Below the pieces are notes generated by a model, which saw only the letters and a program-made list of their open reading frames with translations, did no database searches and was not told the DNA's origin. DNA of 37,102 bases, from positions 1-37,102 of the forward strand of contig CAVIUL010000003.1 in assembly GCA_963645885.1 (NCBI GenBank). The letters run 5' to 3'. Below are positions 1 to 8,562 of the stretch, one piece after another (the stretch's first letter is position 1; the number at the start of each line of letters is the position of its first letter). The translations under genes were made by a program, and so were the position numbers. The DNA is from a bacterium (GTDB taxonomy: Bacteria; Bacillota_I; Bacilli_A; RF39; UBA660).

Positions 1-674
1 AATTTACCCCTTATATAATTAATAATATTTTTTATTATAGATGTTATCAAAAATGAAATAGTTATTTTTATTAATAGATTATAATTATAATTTGGTAATA
101 TGTAATCTATTAATATAAGTGTAAAATAATTAATTAATACGCTAAGTATTATAAGTAATGTGGAGGCGGATATAATAATTATTAAATTCTTTTTTTCGAT
201 TCTTAAATAATCTTTTATTACATCTAATAGCTTATTTTTATTAACCAAATTATTAACTTTCTTTACTGGATATATAACTAAAGATGTCTCTTGATATATT
301 TTTTTAAATTCACCAAATGATATTTTAGTTATATTGCTCCCTGGATCCATTATAGTTAAAGAATTCTTATTTACTTTGTATACTACTATGAAATGATACA
401 TATTATTTTTAATAACATGACATATTATAGGGAAAGATATTTCTGAATTTATTATTTCTTCGTATGTATAATGTATTCCGTAACCATCAAATCCATATAA
501 TCTACTTCCATTTATTATGTTATATGCATTAGTTCCATCTACTGTGGTTTTAAGAGTGAATGTAACTTCTTCGTGTGAGGCCTCAAATCCATAATATTTC
601 ATTATAGATAATAAACATGAAGGACCACAATCTTTAAAACCATTTTGTTTAACTATTAACTTTTTGTTTAACAT
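1..674 (-). CDS. ABC transporter N-terminus with peptidase C39 (bacteriocin-processing) domain and first TM helices; partial, runs off the left edge
   Basis: Absent from the ORF track because it has no stop in the window. Hand translation of the minus strand from ATG 674-672 (AGGAGGG at 686-680, 5 nt spacer) gives MLNKKLIVKQNGFKDCGPSCLLSIMKYYGFEASHEE...NNMYHFIVVYKVNKNSLTIMDPGSN...LVIYPVKK. This is followed by the hydrophobic stretches IIIISASTLLIILSVLINYF and LLIKITISFLITSII. The frame is open to position 1 (224 codons). The Gln/Cys/His/Asp order and spacing match ComA/LagD-type C39 domains. Confidence 0.75.
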   Translation of the reverse strand, partial: MLNKKLIVKQNGFKDCGPSCLLSIMKYYGFEASHEEVTFTLKTTVDGTNAYNIINGSRLYGFDGYGIHYTYEEIINSEISFPIICHVIKNNMYHFIVVYKVNKNSLTIMDPGSNITKISFGEFKKIYQETSLVIYPVKKVNNLVNKNKLLDVIKDYLRIEKKNLIIIISASTLLIILSVLINYFTLILIDYILPNYNYNLLIKITISFLITSIIKNIINYIRGK

Positions 675-859
675 TTTAACCCTCCTATTATTATAGTTGG
701 ATATAAAATACCAAAACACTTCTTTTTTCATAAAATTTTTTTAAAGATTTTATTATGATTCACATAATTTATATTTTCATAACTCTAAAATAACTTTCGA
801 TATTATTTTTACATTTATTAACTAGTTTAAATTATCTTTAAAATTTAGTTTTAATTGTA

Positions 860-2215
860 TTACTTTAGTATACAATAAGAATTGTATTTTGGATAATCAT
901 AATTTCCGTAATATGGACAATTACCAAAATTTATATTTGATTCATTTCCATCATATGTTACATTTTTGAGATTACTGTCTGCAAATGCAAAATTTCCTAT
1001 GTATCTAACTGAAGATGGAATGACAACATCAGTTAATGCATTATAAGAAAATGCATCATTGCCTATATAAATTAATGTATTAGGTAACGTAACTGAAGTT
1101 AACCTTTTAGAAATACAATATGCTTCAATTTTTGCAACAGAATATACATTATCATTTTTACTATTTAAATAATTTATTTCATATTTGTCATCTTCAATTA
1201 TTAAGTTTGATCGTCCATAACAAGATTCAAAAGCATAATTATTTATGCCAGTAACTTTATACCCATTTATTTTCGAAGGAATAATAACATCGGTACCACA
1301 ACTATCATTATATCCAGTTATAGCAACTCCGGCGATATCCAGAGAACTTAAAACTATTTTTAGTCCTGCTGTTTCATAATCACTGTATGGAATTGTTCCT
1401 TTTTGTATGGCCCCTAGTAATGTTGAGCCTTTTACACTTTCATTTGTTGTGCATAAAGTTGTTGCATCATTTTCATCTAGTCCACTAAACTTTGATGTAA
1501 GGTAATTTTTACACTTGGTAAAATCTTGTACCTCTACTTTTTCAATCATATATTTTACGCTTAATCCTGCAGTTTCATAATCCTCTTCTGGCATACCATC
1601 AGATACCAAATCCTTAATCGAAATGTCTCGACTTCCTTGAGTATAAGTACCACCATTGCATATTGTTGTTGCTGCATCTTCTGGAGCACCAACACTATCG
1701 GACATTAAATAATTTTTACATTTAGTGGCATCTTCTATTGTAACTGTAAGCGTACCAAAGCTACCGTCACTTCCAGCCAATGTATAATCAAAGCATGATT
1801 CATCTGTAGCACTTACGCATTCATAATCATCTAAGTTTCCATCTTCTAAATCATCTATTGTTAAATCTTCCAGAGCTTTACCATTTAAACTTGCTACCCA
1901 CTTACCATTAGATACTTTCATATCAGTTACTTTACCACCGCTATTTAAAACAACACAATATTGAAGTTTCTTTCCAGTCATATCTAGTTTAGAACTATCT
2001 TCTGAGTTTATAATCTTTGTATTCTTACCACTTATTGCATTTGTTAAATATTTCTTTTCAGCTTCACTATAAACTTTTTTAGCCTCTGTTAAAAACATCT
2101 GTTTTTGCGCTCTATTATACATTCCTATTACATTTGGAAGAGCAATAATTACTAGAATTGCTAAAATAGCTATTACAGCTAGTAATTCAACTAATGTAAA
2201 ACCATTCTTTTTCAT
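860..2215 (-). CDS. Prepilin-type N-terminal cleavage/methylation domain protein with duplicated Cys-bracketed module and C-terminal BspA-like leucine-rich repeats
   Basis: 451 aa. The N-terminus MKKNGFTLVELLAVIAILAILVIIALP is a class III (type IV pilin/pseudopilin) signal with the G|FTLVE cleavage motif. Residues 161-229 and 230-296 are a tandem duplication (TKCKNYL...ATT[IL]C...DYETAGL). The C-terminus has LRR_5/BspA-like units (IPSKINGYKVTGINNYAFESC, LTSVTLPNTLIYIGNDAFSYNALTDVVIPSSVRYIGNFAFADSNLKNV). AGGAG lies 8 nt upstream of the ATG. Confidence 0.75.
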   Translation of the reverse strand: MKKNGFTLVELLAVIAILAILVIIALPNVIGMYNRAQKQMFLTEAKKVYSEAEKKYLTNAISGKNTKIINSEDSSKLDMTGKKLQYCVVLNSGGKVTDMKVSNGKWVASLNGKALEDLTIDDLEDGNLDDYECVSATDESCFDYTLAGSDGSFGTLTVTIEDATKCKNYLMSDSVGAPEDAATTICNGGTYTQGSRDISIKDLVSDGMPEEDYETAGLSVKYMIEKVEVQDFTKCKNYLTSKFSGLDENDATTLCTTNESVKGSTLLGAIQKGTIPYSDYETAGLKIVLSSLDIAGVAITGYNDSCGTDVIIPSKINGYKVTGINNYAFESCYGRSNLIIEDDKYEINYLNSKNDNVYSVAKIEAYCISKRLTSVTLPNTLIYIGNDAFSYNALTDVVIPSSVRYIGNFAFADSNLKNVTYDGNESNINFGNCPYYGNYDYPKYNSYCILK

Positions 2216-2290
2216 AACTTCAACTCCTATTATATATAGAGTATAACATATATTTATTTCTATTAAAACACTTTGCTTATTTAAAATAAC

Positions 2291-2319
2291 GTGACAAATT
2301 AACTTAAATGTGCTATAAT
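2291..2319 (+). promoter_or_regulatory. Sigma-70-type promoter for the plus-strand orphan gene
   Basis: GTGACA (2291-2296), 17 nt spacer, TATAAT (2314-2319) preceded by TGc (extended -10). The predicted transcription start, around 2326, lies downstream of the ORF-track ATG at 2308. Confidence 0.5.
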
Positions 2320-2352
2320 ATGCATCGTCATGAAAAAGGGGGAAAATTTAAA

Positions 2353-2925
2353 ATGGATTTAATGCCAACAATAGATAAATATATAATGACATCAATTAAA
2401 GTTAGCGAACTTGAAGATTTAATAGTAGATACCGAAAGACAAATAGTTAAAACTACGGTAAAAAGAGGTATCGCTTATAGTAATGGTCAAGTTAAAACTA
2501 TGGATTCTTTAGATGAGAATTTACGTTCTTATAAAAAAACTAAAGAAGAAGCTTATAAAGAATTGAATGATACTGCTAGAACACAAGATCAAACTAGAAG
2601 AACTTACATCAATGCATCTAGTGAAATGAGTGAAGATGAAGTTAAAAGTTTAGTTCAAAGCTTACAAGAAAAATTTCTTGCTAATGAAAAAAGAAAAGAA
2701 GATTTAGTTAGAAGAAGAAATTGGGCTATCATTAAAACTACTGAAGCTAACGTTAAAGGTGATGAAGTAGAAGCTAATAAATATACTCAAATAAGTGTAA
2801 GCTGCTTTGTTGAAACTAAGAGAATTGATGATATGCAATTACATTATATAGAAGTTATTAATAATTTAAATCAAATATTAAATAATTCTAGAAGATTAGA
2901 ACTTACTAGTCCTAGAAATAATTAA
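2353..2925 (+). CDS. Hypothetical charged, helix-rich protein (190 aa); the only plus-strand CDS
   Basis: The ORF track gives 2308..2925. I prefer the ATG at 2353 (MDLMPTIDKY...) because a G-rich SD (aaaaaggggga, 2333-2343) precedes it and the 2308 ATG sits inside the promoter. The sequence is K/E/R/T-rich and I recognise no motif. Confidence 0.6.
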   Translation: MDLMPTIDKYIMTSIKVSELEDLIVDTERQIVKTTVKRGIAYSNGQVKTMDSLDENLRSYKKTKEEAYKELNDTARTQDQTRRTYINASSEMSEDEVKSLVQSLQEKFLANEKRKEDLVRRRNWAIIKTTEANVKGDEVEANKYTQISVSCFVETKRIDDMQLHYIEVINNLNQILNNSRRLELTSPRNN

Positions 2926-2951
2926 TCATTCAGTAATGAATGATTTTTTTA
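2925..2951 (+). terminator. Rho-independent terminator of the plus-strand orphan gene
   Basis: atcattca (2925-2932) / loop gtaa / tgaatgat (2937-2944), followed by a T-run at 2945-2950. It starts on the last base of the stop codon. Confidence 0.6.
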
Positions 2952-2978
2952 TAAATAAAAACTAGCTTATGCTAGTTT
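2947..2978 (-). terminator. Candidate terminator of rpe (convergent with the previous one)
   Basis: Minus-strand hairpin aaactagc / ataa / gctagttt (2959-2978). The rpe TAA stop sits in the loop, and TTTATTTAT follows. Confidence 0.5.
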
Positions 2979-3605
2979 CTTTAATGTATTTATATTGTTT
3001 ACTATATCTTTATGAATGTAAGAAGCTGATACCAGTGTATCTACTCCTTTTTGAACACATAGATTTCCAGTTTCATCATTTATTCCGCCATCTACAGATA
3101 TAATTGTTTTTACATTTTGTCTTAATATTTCTTCTTTTAATCTTTCTATTTTGTCTGGTGTACTTTCTATAAATGATTGCCCACTTTTACCTGGGTGTAC
3201 ACTCATTATTAATACTTCATCTATTTTAGATAAGTATGGAAATACTACTTCTTCACTTGTTTCTGGATTTATAGCAATTCCTACTTTTAGTCCGTAATTT
3301 TTTATTTCATTAATCATTTTATCAATATCTTTTACTGCTTCATAATGAAATGCTATATAGCTTGTATTTAATAATGCATAGTCTTCTATATATTTAGAAG
3401 GATTTTCTACCATTAAGTGAACATCTAAAGGTAGTTTTGAATAACTAGTTATCTTTTTAATTTCACTTATTGTCCAAGTTTTATTTTCAACAAATTTTCC
3501 ATCCATTATATCAATATGTATATAATCAGCTTTTGTATTATCTAGTTTCTTTACAATATCTGCTGGTTTTATACTACTTGATAGTATTGAAACGCTTACT
3601 TTCAT
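2967..3605 (-). CDS. rpe: Ribulose-phosphate 3-epimerase
   Basis: 212 aa with the motifs SILSS, HIDIMDGKFV, DVHLMV, MSVHPGKSGQSF and SVDGGIN. It occupies the conserved position after rsgA and overlaps rsgA by 32 nt. Confidence 0.9.
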   Translation of the reverse strand: MKVSVSILSSSIKPADIVKKLDNTKADYIHIDIMDGKFVENKTWTISEIKKITSYSKLPLDVHLMVENPSKYIEDYALLNTSYIAFHYEAVKDIDKMINEIKNYGLKVGIAINPETSEEVVFPYLSKIDEVLIMSVHPGKSGQSFIESTPDKIERLKEEILRQNVKTIISVDGGINDETGNLCVQKGVDTLVSASYIHKDIVNNINTLKKLA

Positions 3606-4431
3606 ATTTTGTTTCCTCCATGAATTTTAAATAGTTTTCATATCTCCATTTTGGTATCTTACCATTTTCTACCATTTTGATTATTTCGCAACCGTCTTCT
3701 TTCACATGAGTACATGTTCTATATTTACATGGTTTACTAAAATCACTATAGTATTTTTTTATTTCTTTTGCTGGAATGTTTATTTCAAGAGAACTAAACC
3801 CAGGAGTATCTGCGATAAGACCATCATTTACTTCTAGAAGTTCTACTAATCTTGTAGTATGTTTACCTCTTCCTAAAGATAAAGATACTTCTCCAGTTTT
3901 TAATTTTAATGAAGCATCTACTCTATTTAATAAAGAAGATTTTCCACTACCAGTTTGTCCACATAAAGCAACGGTTGAATTTTTGAATTCTTTTTTAATT
4001 TTAGCTATGCTTGTATTAATATATACTTTTATACCTAGTTTTCTATAGTAATTCATATATTTTCTTACTTCAGCTTTTTCTTTTATAGTTATCATATCTG
4101 TTTTAGTTATTATTATGATTGGTTCTATATTATTATAATTAGCTATAAGTAAGAATTTATCTATTAAATAATCAGAAAAAACTGGAATAGATGTACTCAT
4201 AACAATAAGAAGTTTATCTATATTTGCTATAAGTGGTCTTTCCAGGTAGTTTTTTCTAGGTTCAACTTTTTCTATTGTTTTATTAGTTACATCTACTATT
4301 ACATTATCGCCTACAACTGGGGAAACTTTTTGATTACGTAGTTTCCCTCTAGTTCTAGTATCGATTATTGTATTGTTTTCTAATAAAACTCTGTGTATGT
4401 ATTTATTAATACATATTATTTTACCTTTCAT
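3574..4431 (-). CDS. rsgA: Ribosome small-subunit-dependent GTPase A
   Basis: 285 aa. Circularly permuted GTPase with TKTD, then GQTGSGKSSLLN, then DTPGF. C-terminal Cys/His cluster CKYRTCTHVKEDGC. Confidence 0.9.
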   Translation of the reverse strand: MKGKIICINKYIHRVLLENNTIIDTRTRGKLRNQKVSPVVGDNVIVDVTNKTIEKVEPRKNYLERPLIANIDKLLIVMSTSIPVFSDYLIDKFLLIANYNNIEPIIIITKTDMITIKEKAEVRKYMNYYRKLGIKVYINTSIAKIKKEFKNSTVALCGQTGSGKSSLLNRVDASLKLKTGEVSLSLGRGKHTTRLVELLEVNDGLIADTPGFSSLEINIPAKEIKKYYSDFSKPCKYRTCTHVKEDGCEIIKMVENGKIPKWRYENYLKFMEETKYESKRFNTIK

Positions 4432-4432
4432 A

Positions 4433-6190
4433 TTAGTCCCCTGTTTCGTCGTTAGGATCTCCTTCAGTAATTGATTCTGGTGCTTTAGCGATAGTTATTA
4501 CTAATGTTGCTCCAGGTGTTACTACTGATTTAGCAGCCCTACTTTGTTTAATAATTGTTCCTTCTGTAACTGTTGCACTTTCTTGATATTTATATTCTAG
4601 TTTTAATTCATGTTTACTTGCGAATTCTTCTATTTGTTCAAGTGTATAACCACTAGTGAAATCTGGATATTTATATTCTACTTTAGGAATAAATATTTTT
4701 ATTTGACTTCCTAATTTACTTGATTCTCCAGCTGCTGGTTCAGTTCTTAAAACTGTGTCTTCAGTTACTTTTTTATCTTCGCTTACTATTTCTTCTTCAA
4801 CTGTTACATTGCATTCGCATTGTGCTTCTATTTTACCTTTAGCTTCTAAATAATTCTTTCCAGTAAAATCTTCTACAATATAAGCAGCTGCTCCTGAAGA
4901 AATATAAATTATAACTTTAGTTCCTGATTTTCTTTTAGAACCTATTTCAGGACTAGTCTTAACTACTTTTCCTTTTTCAACTGTATCACTTGGTGTATAT
5001 TTATATTCAGGATCTACATCAAATCCTAAATCAGTTAATTCATTAGCTGCTTCAGTTGGCTCTTTATTAACTACATTTGGTATTTCTACATTTTTAACTT
5101 TTGTTTTTTCAAAGTAAATAGTCATACCTATTGTTACAGTTAATACTAATGCAGTAAATATACTTGCGATAACTATTAGTGTTTTATTACCTTTTTTATT
5201 TTCATCTAAGAAGTCATCATCTTCAGTTACTTTTGTCTTTTTCTTCTTAGTTGGTTCATCTTTCTTTAGAGTTTCTAATTCTTTATCAAGAACTTTTGTT
5301 TCTTCTAAGTCATTTTCTGGATATGGATAAACATATCTTTTTTCATTTTGTCTTGATTCATCTAATGCAGTTTTTAAGTCTTCATGCATAGCTCTTGCAT
5401 CAGTATATCTATTCTTTGGATTTTTTGCTGTTGCTTTAATAATAACATTTTCTATTGATTGAGGTATGCTACTATTAAATTTTCTAACGCTTGGAAGTGG
5501 TTCTTTTAGATGTTTTAAAGCTATTTCTACAGCGTTGTCCCCTTTATATGGAACTAGTCCAGTTAGAAGTTCATACATCATTATTCCCATTGAATAAATA
5601 TCACTTCTTATAGTTGATCCTTTTCCATTAGCTTGTTCTGGTGGTAGATAATGTACTGTTCCCATAACTGAGTTTGTTTGAGTAAGTTGTGTTGAGTTTA
5701 ATGCTGTTGCTACTCCAAAGTCAGTTATTTTTATCATACCATTTGAAAGTATCATTATATTTTGAGGTTTTATATCTCTATGAATAATATAAGCATCATG
5801 TGCATGTGCCATACCATCTGTTACTTGTAACATGATATCTATTACTTCAGTAACTGATAAATGTCCTCTTTTCTTTAATACTTGTTTTAGAGTCATTCCA
5901 TCTACATATTCCATTACTATATAATATTGGCCATCATCTTCTCCAACATCATACATTTCTACAATATTTGGATGACTTAAACTTGATGCTGAAAGTGCTT
6001 CTCTTTGAAATCTACGAACAAATTTTTCATCGTTTGCTAAGTCTCCTCTTAGTACTTTAACAGCAACATTTCTATCAAGGATAGTGTCATGAGCTAAATA
6101 TACATTTGCCATTCCACCTTCTCCAAGTGTCTTAATAATTTGATATCTATCGTTTATTTTAGAACCTTTAACTATCACACTATTCACCAC
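4433..6190 (-). CDS. prkC: Ser/Thr protein kinase with PASTA repeats (PrkC/PknB type)
   Basis: 585 aa. Hanks motifs GEGGMANVY, VAVK, HRDIKPQN, DFG and PPE. One TM helix (LIVIASIFTALVLTVTIGMTIYF), followed by about three PASTA-like repeats. Confidence 0.9.
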   Translation of the reverse strand: MVNSVIVKGSKINDRYQIIKTLGEGGMANVYLAHDTILDRNVAVKVLRGDLANDEKFVRRFQREALSASSLSHPNIVEMYDVGEDDGQYYIVMEYVDGMTLKQVLKKRGHLSVTEVIDIMLQVTDGMAHAHDAYIIHRDIKPQNIMILSNGMIKITDFGVATALNSTQLTQTNSVMGTVHYLPPEQANGKGSTIRSDIYSMGIMMYELLTGLVPYKGDNAVEIALKHLKEPLPSVRKFNSSIPQSIENVIIKATAKNPKNRYTDARAMHEDLKTALDESRQNEKRYVYPYPENDLEETKVLDKELETLKKDEPTKKKKTKVTEDDDFLDENKKGNKTLIVIASIFTALVLTVTIGMTIYFEKTKVKNVEIPNVVNKEPTEAANELTDLGFDVDPEYKYTPSDTVEKGKVVKTSPEIGSKRKSGTKVIIYISSGAAAYIVEDFTGKNYLEAKGKIEAQCECNVTVEEEIVSEDKKVTEDTVLRTEPAAGESSKLGSQIKIFIPKVEYKYPDFTSGYTLEQIEEFASKHELKLEYKYQESATVTEGTIIKQSRAAKSVVTPGATLVITIAKAPESITEGDPNDETGD

Positions 6191-6917
6191 TCATTCTTGC
6201 ATAAGCAATTGTAATATTATCGTTTCCCCCACGAGTATTAGCTTTCATAATTAATTTATCTACTTGCTCCTCTATATCTAATTCATTATCATTTAATACT
6301 TTTTCCATTTGTTCTACTGTTAACATATTAGTAAGTCCATCACTACATAGGAATATACCATCTACTGTACGTTCTACATCAAAAATATCCATTTCTATAG
6401 TTTCAGCTGCACCTAATGCTTTCATAAGTACATTCTTTTGTGGATGATTCTTTGCTGCACTTTCAGTTAGTTCTCCATTTTCTAGTAATATATTTACTAA
6501 TGTGTGATCTTTAGTAACTTTATATAATTTGCCTTTTTTGTATACGAAACCACTTGAATCACCAACGTTTCCAAATAGTAAGAAATCATTAGTTAGTATT
6601 GAGCAAACACAAGTTGTTCCAAGACCACTTGCATCTATATGTTCTTCAGAATATTTTAATATTTTGATATTTACTTCATCAATTATTTCTTTTAACCAGA
6701 TTACTGCTTCTTCTTTAGTGCCTATACTTGATAGTTCAGCAAATCTTTTGCCAAGTTCAGTTACTACTAAAGAACTAGCAACTTCTCCAGCTTTATGTCC
6801 ACCCATTCCATCAGCTACTACTAATAAGTACTCATCACTCATATTTTTAATAATTGTTACTGAGTCTTCATTATGACTTCTAACTTTTCCTGGGTCAGTT
6901 TGATAACAAGTCTTCAT
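6180..6917 (-). CDS. stp: PP2C-family Ser/Thr phosphatase (Stp/PrpC)
   Basis: 245 aa with NEDS, ADGMGGH, LCSDGL and GGNDNIT motifs. It overlaps prkC by 11 nt, as in other Firmicutes. Confidence 0.9.
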   Translation of the reverse strand: MKTCYQTDPGKVRSHNEDSVTIIKNMSDEYLLVVADGMGGHKAGEVASSLVVTELGKRFAELSSIGTKEEAVIWLKEIIDEVNIKILKYSEEHIDASGLGTTCVCSILTNDFLLFGNVGDSSGFVYKKGKLYKVTKDHTLVNILLENGELTESAAKNHPQKNVLMKALGAAETIEMDIFDVERTVDGIFLCSDGLTNMLTVEQMEKVLNDNELDIEEQVDKLIMKANTRGGNDNITIAYARMSGE

Positions 6918-6944
6918 ATTTCACCTTCTTTTTATTAATGTAAA

Positions 6945-7982
6945 TTATTTACTTTCACGTTCCATTTCGTTAGCTCTTAATTGGCCACAGGCAGCTGATA
7001 AATTACCACCCATTTCTTTTCTTATTGTTACATTTACATTATTTGATTTAAGTATATCATAAAAACTTTTTATTTTAAAGTCATTACTTCTCTTCATTGT
7101 AAAATTAGATGTTTCATTATAAGGTATTAAGTTTACATACATAAGTTTTCCCTTTACAAGATGAGCAAGTTCTTCTGCACATTTATCACTATCGTTAATA
7201 CCAGCTAACATTATATATTCTATCGTTACTCTTCTATTAGTCTTTTCTATATAGTAATCTAATGCTTTCATAACCTCTTCTATCTTGTAAGCATGATTTA
7301 TCTTCATTATTTTATCTCTTATTTCGTTATTAGGTGCATGTAAACTAACTGCTAAGTTTACACCTGTTTCTAAATCAGCAAATTCGTATATTTTAGGTAC
7401 TAATCCACAAGTACTTATTGTTAGATGTCTTTGACCTATATTAATCATTTTATTGTTAATTACAACACTTATGAATCTTTTAACATTATTAAAGTTATCA
7501 AATGGTTCTCCAATACCCATTACTACTATAGAATCTATTCTAATATTTTCATATGTGCTTACACTTATTACTTGTCCAACTAATTCTGAAAGAGTTAAAT
7601 CTCTTACTTTTTTAAGTCTTCCACTTTCACAAAATGAGCAACCCATATTACATCCAACTTGACTTGAAACACATAGGCTGTATCCATAATCATGATTCAT
7701 AAGAACACATTCTATTTTATTATTATCAGATAATTCTAAAAGATACTTGTTTGCTAAAGGACTTTTTTCTACTTTAACTACTTTTAAATCATTAAAATGA
7801 AATTTTTCATTACAAAATTCTATTAACTTTTTACTAAGATTTGTCATCTTATTAAAGTCATAAACTTTCTTTTCATACATCCATTCTATTATTTGAGTAG
7901 CATTATATTTTTTAAATCCATTTTCTATTAAAAAGTTTTCTAATTCTTCTAAAGTAAAATCGTATATATTCATTTTCTTCAC
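6945..7982 (-). CDS. rlmN: 23S rRNA/tRNA adenine-C2 methyltransferase, radical SAM
   Basis: 345 aa with CNMGCSFC (CxxxCxxC), GIGEP and a C-terminal AACGQL. It is the first gene of the conserved rlmN-stp-prkC-rsgA-rpe block. Confidence 0.9.
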   Translation of the reverse strand: MKKMNIYDFTLEELENFLIENGFKKYNATQIIEWMYEKKVYDFNKMTNLSKKLIEFCNEKFHFNDLKVVKVEKSPLANKYLLELSDNNKIECVLMNHDYGYSLCVSSQVGCNMGCSFCESGRLKKVRDLTLSELVGQVISVSTYENIRIDSIVVMGIGEPFDNFNNVKRFISVVINNKMINIGQRHLTISTCGLVPKIYEFADLETGVNLAVSLHAPNNEIRDKIMKINHAYKIEEVMKALDYYIEKTNRRVTIEYIMLAGINDSDKCAEELAHLVKGKLMYVNLIPYNETSNFTMKRSNDFKIKSFYDILKSNNVNVTIRKEMGGNLSAACGQLRANEMERESK

Positions 7983-7989
7983 CTACTAA

Positions 7990-7998
7990 ATTATATCA
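7990..7998 (-). promoter_or_regulatory. Extended -10 element (TGaTATAAT) upstream of rlmN
   Basis: The minus strand reads TGATATAAT, followed about 20 nt later by AGGTGA and the rlmN ATG. I saw no convincing -35. Confidence 0.45.
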
Positions 7999-8012
7999 TA
8001 TTTTCATATTAA

Positions 8013-8036
8013 AACCATATTCTTATGAATATGGTT
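8013..8036 (-). terminator. 10-bp hairpin after the lipoprotein gene (weak T-run on the minus strand)
   Basis: aaccatattc / 4 nt loop / gaatatggtt. The minus-strand tail is only TTAATATG, so this is a weak or partial terminator. Confidence 0.35.
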
Positions 8037-8040
8037 ATTT

Positions 8041-8502
8041 TTAGTATCCTATTTTTTTAATTATTGTTTTTATTTCATCTTTATCTTCAACGTTAGCGCT
8101 TACGTATACAAGTGTATTTTTAACTCTACAAATATAATTATACATAGCATCAGTAGTTAATTCGTATATCTCATAATCATCAGCATTCATTGTATATTTT
8201 TTTGTTTCATCAGCATCTTGTGCTTCAAATTCTTCTTTGTATAAGCCAAATAAATCAATTGCTTGTGCTGGATTACTCAAAACATAAAAGTTAATGTTGA
8301 ATGCTCCATTTGTTATGTATGCTCCTCTTTCAAGTCCTTCAATAATTGTGTCTATTTGACCACTTTCATATTCTCCAACTGTGTATTTGTCAGTATCAAC
8401 AGATGATGTGAATTCTTCTATAGTTATTGCTTTCTTAGAACATCCTGTTAGCAATAACAACGAACTCATTAATACTAATACTAAAAATATTTTCTTTTTC
8501 AT
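8041..8502 (-). CDS. Lipoprotein, unknown function
   Basis: I prefer the start at ATG 8502 (MKKKIFLVLVLMSSLLLLTGCSKK), which has AGGAG 7 nt upstream. Lipobox LLTGC. The ORF-track start at 8526 adds 8 residues with no SD. Confidence 0.7.
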   Translation of the reverse strand: MKKKIFLVLVLMSSLLLLTGCSKKAITIEEFTSSVDTDKYTVGEYESGQIDTIIEGLERGAYITNGAFNINFYVLSNPAQAIDLFGLYKEEFEAQDADETKKYTMNADDYEIYELTTDAMYNYICRVKNTLVYVSANVEDKDEIKTIIKKIGY

Positions 8503-8535
8503 ATATTCTCCTATTCTTAAATTCATTTTACCATG

Positions 8536-8562
8536 AAAAAGAAAAAAGTACCATAGGTACTT
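8536..8562 (-). terminator. Terminator of alaS
   Basis: Minus-strand hairpin aagtacc / tat / ggtactt overlapping the alaS stop, followed by TTTTCTTTTT. Confidence 0.55.

Noticed and set aside
675-731. In-frame upstream ATG at 731 that would extend the C39 protein by 19 residues (MKKEVFWYFISNYNNRRVK)
   Set aside because: It has no SD upstream, whereas the ATG at 674 has AGGAGGG at ideal spacing and places the catalytic Gln/Cys at the usual distance from the N-terminus.
675-859. Searched the gap upstream of the C39 exporter for a double-glycine-leader peptide gene
   Set aside because: There is no ORF longer than 12 codons on either strand (minus-strand ATGs at 780, 765 and 814 hit stops within 1-3 codons), and no SD. 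No precursor gene lies here.
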